This document shows positions 1 through 9,370 of a stretch of DNA of 64,000 nucleotides, piece by piece; the first letter of the stretch is position 1, and each line of letters opens with the position of its first letter. The notes beneath the pieces were generated by a model. That model saw nothing but the letters and a program-made list of their open reading frames with translations, was not told the origin of the DNA and made no database searches. The stretch covers positions 10,540,001 to 10,604,000 of the forward strand of contig CM022679.1 of assembly GCA_012295275.1 (NCBI GenBank). The letters are read 5' to 3'. The DNA is from Chrysomallon squamiferum (taxonomy: Eukaryota; Animalia; Mollusca). Position numbers and translations under genes: made by a program.

Positions 1-113
1 AGAAAAAAACAACAAAAAAAACAGCTTTTTAATTCTGAGTATAAACATGTAAGTTATTATTGATTTTTTAAGAAAATGTTTAATATAAAACATTATCTAT
101 GTTTAAATTACAG

Positions 114-134
114 GTTATGGACCACCACCACCTG
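114..134 (+). CDS. LITAF-family gene, microexon A (21 nt, phase 1-1), (G)YGPPPP(G)
   Basis: ttacag|GTTATGGACCACCACCACCTG|gtaata. Canonical AG/GT, length divisible by 3, Pro/Gly/Tyr-rich, in frame with downstream exons. The start codon and any earlier exons lie upstream of the window. Confidence 0.85.
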
Positions 135-958
135 GTAATACTTCACATTATTATCTATACAGTATATTAACTCACTTAATAGCTGTTTTCATTCCTTGGC
201 CTTAGCCACACATTTGATAATAATTTCATGAGTTTGTGGTTAACTGCAATGTGTGTGTGTGTGTGTGTGTGTGTGTGTCTGTGTGTGTTTATATTTTCAA
301 ATCTTTCTTCTTTTTTTAAAGAAATAAATGTTTTATATTCTTTGTAAATGTCTTTTTATCATCATCATCATTTAAATTATAAAAATAATTAAACTAATGA
401 TTTATCACATATTGCATGTTACTTGTAGATTTCTTCATTTGTAATAGCTTTTTATAAAATTATAAATTGTGTCTTTCTGGTCTGTATGTCTTTGTTACAT
501 TTTATCTCTGCCAGTAAAATACTTTTAGTATTACATTAATAAATGTTGAACATAATGTTTTACATATAATTAATCTGGAATGAAGAGAGATGTTTTATTA
601 AATAATGTTAACATAACTAAATGTAATAGAAAAAAAAATAATAAAAAAAAAAAAAATATATATATATATATATGAATCCATGTACAGTTACACTAATGAG
701 TTAATAATAATTCTTTGTCTTCTCTTTTAAAGTTTAATTTTTAAAATTGAATACTTGTTCAATTTAAAAAAAAATTTTTTATATAAATGTACAAATAAAT
801 TAAAAAAATTATGTTTTACTTTTTTGTTTGAAAAAATGGATAATTTCAATAAAACTCGTACTGTTTTTTTTAAATTAGACTCGGAAAATAATTCAAAAAC
901 GTAAAGTAAAATTGTCAAAAACGTAAAATATAATTTACATGATTTTTACTCTTTTAAG

Positions 959-979
959 GTTATGCACCACCACCAGCTG
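959..979 (+). CDS. LITAF-family gene, microexon B (21 nt, phase 1-1), (G)YAPPPA(G)
   Basis: cttttaag|GTTATGCACCACCACCAGCTG|gtaagt. Consensus donor; 19/21 identical to microexon A. Confidence 0.9.
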
Positions 980-1876
980 GTAAGTTTACATTCCCACAAA
1001 CCCACTTGTACAGAAATTAGTTTTTTTTTTATCTTACAATATCACGTTTTCCTTTACGAAATTAGCACCAGTTGTTTCCATCTTATTTCTGTAATTTCTG
1101 TACTTCTTATTCATTGTGCTGCTGTTTAACCCTTCAAATATCTGACTTATCACGTTTATGTGCTTTTCTGTCTGTGGCAACAGCAGGTTTTCTCTTCTTG
1201 TCCATACAGTCCATATTTGTGTGTTCAATATGATTATAAATATTAAGCCATATTGTTGTAGATTAAAACTATTGTTAAACAGAACATCTGAAATTTATTT
1301 GTTAACACCCAGGCATGTCATTTTCCTTGACAAATAATCTTTTTTGTTTCTTTCTGTTATGGTAAAAATTACTGATATTTAACAATAATGGCCAAATTAA
1401 AAATGTCTGAATCTTTAATCTGGTGCACAAATTACTATCAAGGCATGCCTATTAATTGGTGGGGAAAAGGTTAATTAGACTGTTAGTTTCTAAAATGATT
1501 ATTTTTATTGATCCAAACAACGTCTGGCCATGGAAGGCTTCATATTTGATGTTTAAATAAAAGGCCAAATGATTAGTGCCTGTTCAAAAGAATTCAGTTT
1601 CTGTAGACTGGTGACAAAAGTAAACTTCTTCTAGTTTCAAAACTTTGAGTGGTATTCCCTTGACTTTGGCTTCATCAGTTTATATATATGTATATATGTT
1701 GACATTAGATAGTTGTTTGCTGTGTTTAAATTGTATTTCAGCTTGTATTTACATTCTATTTTAGTTTGTGATGTAAAGACTAATATCGTTTTCATAATTT
1801 GTTTTAAAATTTTGTTTATAACTAAATTATTAAAATGTCATCTTTTTTCTAGCATTATAATAAAGTATTTTGTATC

Positions 1877-1977
1877 TAATTGCAAAAATTTTAGGAAGTA
1901 GCTTTCCAGTAAAATTATTTTACATTTAATTGCAAGCATTTTATGAAGTATCTTTCCAGTAAAATTATTTTACATTT
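1877..1977. repeat. 50-bp tandem duplication (2 copies), intronic
   Basis: taattgcaa..att tta.gaagta.ctttccagtaaaattattttacatt at 1877 and 1927. Confidence 0.9.
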
Positions 1978-2205
1978 TATAAATAATTTTGTTAAAATAT
2001 TTGTTGTTGTTTAAACAAGCCATGTGAATTAGTTAATCACATTATTCTCCTGAGTTTCTGTAATATGAAGACCATTTTGTTCATCAATAATAATTATTAT
2101 TATAGTACTGAAAATGAATGCACAAATTAGATATTCTTGTACTGATGAGTACAGTGAATACATTATAAAAAAATTTTCTAATTTTTTTTCTTTAAAATAT
2201 AACAG

Positions 2206-2232
2206 GACAACCAGCTTATGGTATTCCCCAAG
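2206..2232 (+). CDS. LITAF-family gene, microexon C (27 nt, phase 1-1), (G)QPAYGIPQ(G)
   Basis: T-tract...taacag|GACAACCAGCTTATGGTATTCCCCAAG|gtttgt. An alternative in-phase GT lies at 2221. Confidence 0.82.
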
Positions 2233-2671
2233 GTTTGTAAAAAGCTGTTGTTGTGTGCACTTAACTGTTGTGGTTGTGTAGAGGATCTAACATAAATATT
2301 GCAGTATCTTGTTCACTTTTCACTCATTCACTCTTCTTCAGCATTAGAGGTGTCACTTAAAAAAAACAAGTCTTTATAAGAAAAGTAAAATGTGAAGGGA
2401 ACTGGATGTTACTAAAGTTTATCAATCAGTGCTGCAAATACGTTTCTGTTCTGTATGTCATTCACTAAAAGTTTTTATCTTGTTTTTCTTCAGGAAAGAT
2501 TTCCAGAATTAAACTTATGATAGATATAGTATATTAGTATACTATAATGCCTTGGGAGTAGACATTATTCTAGTGTAGTCATGTTTTATTTTGTATAATG
2601 AGAAAGAAAAATAAAATATAAAATTTTTTAATTTACTTTTGTTTTCATCACACTGTGCATTTCATGGCTTT

Positions 2672-2712
<41 letters not shown>

Positions 2713-3414
2713 CTGATCAGTCTCTTTTTAATTGTAATATCTATAATGTAGATTAATGTGTGGAATAATTTATAATAAACCTTATTGGGTTTCAGCTCTT
2801 GATTACAAAAGATGAAACTATGGTCTTAGTTTACTTTTAATAAGTATCTAATGCTTAATTAACTTTCTTATTAACAGGCACAATTTATTTATTACCTTTT
2901 GTTTTAGAGTGTTTGTGTTTACACAAATTAGTCTTAACTAATACTAATACTGCACAATGCTTAAAATAATAGATGTATTCATAATTAAATTATACACATA
3001 TAAAACAAAGTGCTTTGTTTTCTGTCTGTAATATCATTATTAACATATTGTCTGGCAATTGCAATTGGATCTGTAAACTGATTGCATCACATTTTGCTAG
3101 TTAGATTAGTAAAGACACTAAATTACAGGTGTCAGAAAAGAGCTGATACCATTAGTTCACTTCATTTTGTAACTTGGTTGTGATATTTAAAAAATGACAG
3201 ACTTTGTACTGCAGTTTTGTTATGTTTCTTTAAAGAAAAAATGAATGTTTAGCAAAATAGTATGTTTAGTATCCTATGTTAAGATCTGAATTCAAAGCAC
3301 ACATCATGATGACTTGATTATTGATGTTTATTAAAATGTTATTGCAGATATAAATAATATTAATTAACAAAAATTTAATGTGTTTGATGTGAATTGATTA
3401 TTAAAAAAAAAAAA

Positions 3415-3456
<42 letters not shown>

Positions 3457-3779
3457 GTATATCTCCATATTGTTGACTCTCCATTTAATGGACCAACTCA
3501 GGTTGTTATAAGTAGCACAAATAATGTTGAATAATGCACTTGAATACACTAAATTTACTGTAAATATGATAAATATTCTTTTAAGGATATGCATAATTAA
3601 ATTTACTCATACTCTACATTCAATTCAGGTTTCACCAACTCTGTTTGATAGCAGGTTGAAGTTGTTTTCCTGTGATTGGAATAATTTATGCCAAGTCAGT
3701 GGAAAATCAAGGAATATGTATTTCCCACATTTTGTCTTGATTTTGTGAAATTTGGTAAACAGGGGTGCATTAAATGGAG

Positions 3780-3812
<33 letters not shown>

Positions 3813-3927
3813 CATCTTCAGTTTCTTTGGGTTCATTATATTTTTCTTGGTTGTACATTTTTTCTTTCATCCAGATATTGTTTTTCTTTTTTTTTTTCAT
3901 ATAAAATTAATAACTATGTTTTTTCAG

Positions 3928-3951
3928 GTCCATTTGGCTATGGCCAGCCAG
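3928..3951 (+). CDS. LITAF-family gene, microexon D (24 nt, phase 1-1), (G)PFGYGQP(G)
   Basis: gttttttcag|GTCCATTTGGCTATGGCCAGCCAG|gtgtgt. GC-rich island in an AT-rich intron. Confidence 0.85.
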
Positions 3952-3974
3952 GTGTGTAAAACAAAAAGGTTCCC

Positions 3975-4256
3975 TGAATGTTTATAGTGAAAACTAACTC
4001 CTGTCATCCACAGTTTTAGTCCATATTCAGTTTATTGTTTTTTAAAGTAAATTCTGTGGGCATGTGTGTTTTGTTTAAACCTTAAAAGTAGTTTGTTTCT
4101 GTAAATAATAATGATTAATAACGACAATAATATTAATGCTTAATAATGAATGTTTATAGTGAAAACTAACTCCAGTTTACCCACAATTTTAGTCCACATT
4201 CAGTTTTTTTTTTAAATTAAATTTATGGGCCTGTATGTTCAATCTAAACCTTAAAA

Positions 4257-4292
<36 letters not shown>

Positions 4293-4296
4293 CCTG

Positions 4297-4305
<9 letters not shown>
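3975..4305. repeat. Diverged tandem duplication, period 172 bp, just downstream of microexon D
   Basis: tgaatgtttatagtgaaaactaactcc...ttttagtcca.attcagttt...taaaccttaaaagta at 3975 and 4147. Confidence 0.9.
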
Positions 4306-4332
<27 letters not shown>

Positions 4333-5211
4333 ACATTTGCAATAATTTAAGCCAAGATGTTAAATTTCAGTTGTACATCAGTACTTAAAGTGGGAAAGCA
4401 TTGAATGTGGAGGAATCTTACATACATCATAAATGTAAATACATTTTTTAGAAAATACATATGGGAAGGTTATAATGGAAAATGACTCAAGTAAAAACTA
4501 ACATGCTCGTGTTTTCTAAGTCTTGTTGTTGCTTGTTAATGCATGAAACAATTGACATAGCACTGGTAAAAATGTTTTGCATGGTATTAACACAGGCAGT
4601 TTAGAACTAATGATGAAACATGCATTAGATTGCAACAAACCACTGACAGTGCATTTGAATTACGAAATGTATCTTTGTAGATGTAATCCTAATTGTAAAT
4701 GTGTGTGTCTGTGTGTTATAAGAAACATTTGTTATGTAGATTATATAAACGGTATCAGAAATGTCTGGAATCATAAATATCATCCATATAGTGCATAATG
4801 TGGTCACAGATCAAAAGGTGATGGATGGAACATAGATAATGAATTGAACATGCTCTCTCTCTCAACATTAATGCATTACATTTTTGTTTATGTTGAATTT
4901 TTCTGTTGAGCTATTTTTATTTCTAGTCAGTGCTATACAAGGGGTGAAATAAAGTAAGATTAATGTGAACCCCCCAAAACCCACATATATTCCCATGAAG
5001 TTGGCTTTCTCTCTCAACTGAATGGCTGATAACCATATGTCCAGTGCTGTATAATAGTAAATGTAAAAAGGTTCTGAGTGCTGTTAACATTTTGAATTTA
5101 TTTTATTTAAATGAGTGCATCATTCAGAATTTGAATTTTGTTTTTTATTTAAACAAGTACATCATTAAAATTTTAACTGACTTAATTCAAATAAAACAAT
5201 TCCCTCAAGAA

Positions 5212-5365
5212 TATTTTTTATCCCAGTAAAACCCAACAACATGCTGTCTGCATTCCTGTTCATGGGGAGGTACATGTAAAAATAAAATTTGTTGCTGCTG
5301 CTGTTTGAAAAATAAAAGCTAATTATATGGTGACAGTGGGTTTCTTCTCTCTGTTAAGTATGTTG
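5212..5365 (+). mobile_element. Decayed SINE-like fragment in a LITAF intron
   Basis: Shares ggtacat.taaaa and gacagtgg...tttc..ctc blocks with the element at 18631-18920. Confidence 0.45.
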
Positions 5366-6074
5366 TTCTTTATATCACATGAATTATACCAATTACCTTT
5401 AGAAATGTTGTCCAAGAGAAATGGTACCTCTAAACTCTTTTGCATTTATCATGTGATGCCAGACATTTTAAGACATGGTGTATTACTGTTTGTGACAACT
5501 GTATGAATTAATTTGTCAGTTCAGTGTCAAGTATTAATAAAGCAATATTGAAAACAGCTTGAATGTTTTAACACTGCATGCAGATATATACTGTTAACAG
5601 ATCAGTTTGCTGTAGTTTGAACCATACACTTACAATTAATCAATACGTACATTTTACAGTGATATGTTATTTTTATATTATTTTTATGCAGGTATATTTA
5701 CACTGTAAATTTTAAACTGTGCAGTTATACATTTTTGTAAAATAACTTTTAAAGTTATACTACTGTAAAAATTGTTCCTTAAAAAAAAAAGAAAAAAAAA
5801 GAAATGAATGATACTGTAACTTAAAAAAATGATTTTACCTTGAGGCAAAGATTTTTTTTTCTTTCTTTTTTTATAATCAATATAACTGTAAACTGTCAGT
5901 TGTATTTTCACACACAACACACACACATACACAGAGAAATAAAGAGATAATGTTAAATTATTAATGTACACTCTGAAATTACCGAACAAGGAATATTTAG
6001 TATACTATACTTGAAAATTCTTTTTTGTTTTGTTCTTGATTAATCAATTATTTTCATTATCATTACGTTCACAG

Positions 6075-6092
6075 GACCCTATCCACCACCAG
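6075..6092 (+). CDS. LITAF-family gene, microexon E (18 nt, phase 1-1), (G)PYPPP(G)
   Basis: gttcacag|GACCCTATCCACCACCAG|gtacat. Confidence 0.85.
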
Positions 6093-7088
6093 GTACATAT
6101 TATTTATATTTCAGCATGAAATAATAAAAAAAAAAAAAAAAAAAGAAAAAAAATGTATAACCTAGTAAACTATTAAAGAGTTTAATTTGCCTTACAATAA
6201 ACTCTTTATAAATAAATATAAAAATGCCTTAATTATTTCTGTTAAAGAATTATTCTTTAATATTTTACCAATTAAAATTCCTTTAGAGAAAAGAAAAATT
6301 AACTGTTTATATAATTTAATTTTGGTAATTCTTCATTGTAACCCTTCAGTTATTTTGCATTCAAGGCAGAACCCAGTAATTTGTTTAGCAAAGACCATGG
6401 CTAAGGTGTTGTGGTATTAAACAATCTCTTTGCTACTAATCAGTACGATTAGCTAAAGAAATGGTAGCTAATGATTATCTTACATAATCCTTAAACAAAA
6501 AATGTATGTAATAATTAATACCGTTCGTATCTGCTACAGTATCATTTCTTTCATTTACCGCATATGTTGTAATTTTGCATAACATGATTTGGATTTAAAC
6601 TGGGTTTTGCTGTGGATCAATTTAGATTATTGTATTTTTACTGAGTGTTAAAAAAATCAATCAGGCTCTTTAGAATCAGTAGTAGCCACAATAAACACTT
6701 GATGTTTGGAAGTGTAGATGAATTATTTAATACATAATGAATGCTGTTGTCATGGGGGAAAATAACCCCAAAACATTTGGACATAAAGAATAAAAATATA
6801 ATGAAATATAATATTGAAAATTTCCACAACAAGATTTTTTATTTTTATTTAAAAAAAAAAAAAAGAAGAAAAAAACCTGTCCAAAAACAAAACAAATCCC
6901 CCTCAAAGTTTTATACATTTTTATACATATTCATGTTTTGATAATAAACAAAAAATTAATATATTTATTTCACTTTCAGTTTTTGACTGTATATAAGTCG
7001 AAGAAAAGTTAAAGTTAACTTTATGTATTTATAACTGTATTGAATAACATCATCATAATTTTTTTTTCTTTTTTTTTTTTTTTTTCAG

Positions 7089-7106
7089 GTCAATATCCTC
7101 CAGCAG
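7089..7106 (+). CDS. LITAF-family gene, microexon F (18 nt, phase 1-1), (G)QYPPA(G)
   Basis: Long T-tract, then ttcag|GTCAATATCCTCCAGCAG|gtaaca. Confidence 0.88.
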
Positions 7107-7660
7107 GTAACATTGTATACTTTAATTCAGTTGATTTAATACAGACATGTAATGTATTTCTTTTGAAATCAGTTTTCTTTAATTTTCCCATTCATCTGAA
7201 ACTGAACCTTTACCATGTGTCCTACAGGTTTAATTCTTTAGAATATTTGAAAGATTTATATTTATTTTTGATTTATTATTGTTTCTTTTATAGTACAAAA
7301 CTAAAATAGATTTATACATAACAAGTGCACAGTATTTTGTATCAAATGACATTATATTATTTAAACAATGAGCAACTGATATGTAAACACACACACACAC
7401 ACATACAAACTGGTAAATATATGCATACAAAAATATGCTGCAAAGACAAGTAAACAAACACACCCAACATAAATTGGGATTCATACATGCCATGAACCCT
7501 TTAAAGATGAATTTAACACAAACATGCAGACAAATGCACATATATAAATATAACATACGCAGGCATACATATGTACATAGATATATAAGGTTTGAACAAA
7601 AGTTGTTAGTGTTTTTTAAGTAAAATTCAAAGATACAGTTGAGATATTTTGTATATTTTG

Positions 7661-7696
<36 letters not shown>

Positions 7697-7944
7697 TACA
7701 GATACAGATATAGATATAGATATATACATATATATATTCTGTCATATGAAATGAAATCAAACATCAACTACCAAGTAATGCTAGGAACTTTTGTCCTATT
7801 ACAAGTAAAAGAAAGATTTATAACAGCCATAAACATAACACAAATACATAACATAAACATAACACAAATAAACAGAAACAGTGTGAATAATTATACCAGT
7901 GTCTTGAACAGTTAAAGACAGATTGTTTTGATGCTGTATTTCAG

Positions 7945-8152
7945 GACAACCTGTCCAGCCAGGATACTATCCACAAAGTCAGCAAGGCACCACCGTGGTT
8001 GTTGCTCAACCAGCAGTGACAGTGATACAGCAGTTCCGGGAGTCGCCAGTACACACCCGCTGCCCCTACTGTCAGGCCGAAGTGATGACCGGTACACACT
8101 ATGAGACTGGAACCTTCACTTGGGTCATCTGCCTCATTCTGGCTCTTGTTGG
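7945..8152 (+). CDS. LITAF: LITAF/CDIP1-family exon (208 nt, phase 1-2): end of the Pro-rich region, first CxxC and hydrophobic segment
   Basis: atttcag|GACAACC...GTTGG|gtttgt. Encodes QPVQPGYYPQ...FRESPVHTRCPYCQAEVMTGTHYETGTFTWVICLILALV, matching the LITAF-domain pattern (P-x4-C-P-x-C, T-x4-E-x-G-x2-T-W). The symbol denotes family membership; orthology was not tested. Confidence 0.95.
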
Positions 8153-8630
8153 GTTTGTACTTACACATATTCAAATTATGTCTGCGTTAAACAGACTCTT
8201 TTCTCTCGGAATATTCCAAAATTAAAGTTGACTGTCGGCCATCAGTACTTATAAAATATAATTGTGTAAAGTTGCTGGTGAATGTGAAAGCAGAGATTTA
8301 AGTGGGGTATGAGGTGGAGATTCATAATTATTTGATTTTAAAATTATTATTGTTTTTGGATTTATTGTGATACAAACGCTAAAAACTAAACAGACTGATA
8401 ACCTGTTTCATTTAAACAGTTTAAATGGACACGGATTTTTCAAACTACTTATGGTATTTGTTTTTCTTTTGTTCTAGCTTTTTTTGTTTTATTAACTAGA
8501 CAGTATTTTCTTGCCAATAATCAGAAAGAAAAATAAAAATCCTTTTTACTCACTGTTTTACTCATATATTTTTTCTTTTCTTTTTTTTCTTTTCATGTTT
8601 GCTTTCTGTATTCACTTCTCTAATTAAACT

Positions 8631-8666
<36 letters not shown>

Positions 8667-8707
8667 GGAGGATATTTTCTTTCATTATTGTGTTTCTTTG
8701 CAATCAG

Positions 8708-8816
8708 ATGCTGGGTTGGCTGCTGCCTGATCCCATTCTGCGTTGACGGCTGCAAAGATGTAATCCACACTTGTCCTAACTGCAGACAGCAGATTGCACG
8801 CTGGAGTCGCATGTAA
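8708..8816 (+). CDS. LITAF: LITAF/CDIP1-family terminal coding exon: GCCLIPFC and HxCPNC, stop TAA
   Basis: caatcag|A TGC TGG GTT GGC TGC TGC CTG ATC CCA TTC TGC...CAC ACT TGT CCT AAC TGC...ATG TAA. GG|A completes a Gly across the intron. CCLIPFC...KDVxHxCPNC is the LITAF-domain hallmark. Confidence 0.95.
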
Positions 8817-8999
8817 AAGCAGGAGCAGCAGGAGCAGGAGGTTGGAAAAGAAGTGATCCATCAAACCACATTAAACTACTGTGTAAAATCTTTCAGTGTG
8901 AGGATGTATAATTTTCTTTAATTTATAATTTAATATGAAAAACGAAAAAAAAAAAAAAAAAATGCAAAACAAAATCAGCTGTTAAAAGCTAAATGGTGA

Positions 9000-9370
9000 T
9001 GACAAGGTTAACATTTTAAAATTTTAAAATTTTAAGCTTGATTTTTAAGTTTTAAAATAGTTAGAAACTAGTGATGCCAACGTGAAGATTAATATTTTAA
9101 TTTAATGGGTTTTAAAAATGTAGAATTTCGCATTTTAAAATGAAAAAAAAAAGAAGAAAAGTCCCAGAATAATTCATTTTATTAATTTTAATGAAAAGAC
9201 CAGTATTTTAAAGTTTGAATTTTAAAAAGTTGAATTTTAAATATTAAAATAAACAGAAAAAAAAACAGATGTAAGCTCAGTTTACATATATTAATGAAAG
9301 GACAAGCATTTTAAAGTTGGAATTTTAAACAGAAGTAGAATTTTATATTTTAAGTAATGAAAAAATTATT
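9000..9370. repeat. Degenerate ~100-bp tandem repeat in the proximal 3' UTR
   Basis: taatgaaaagaccagtattttaaagtttgaattttaaa (9189) vs taatgaaaggacaagcattttaaagttggaattttaaa (9292), with weaker copies upstream. Confidence 0.6.

Noticed and set aside
3629-3654. Possible extra or poison microexon ttcag|GTTTCACC...TGATAGCAG|gttgaa
   Set aside because: 26 nt, in-frame stops, weak donor and not Pro/Gly/Tyr-like; consistent with chance.
5692-5704. Possible microexon atgcag|GTATATTTACACT|gtaaat
   Set aside because: 13 nt and frameshifting, AT-rich, and unlike the other units.
7995-8225. ORF-track 76-aa ORF taken as a complete protein
   Set aside because: It is an internal exon. The GTG start is not real, and sequence after 8152 is intron read-through.
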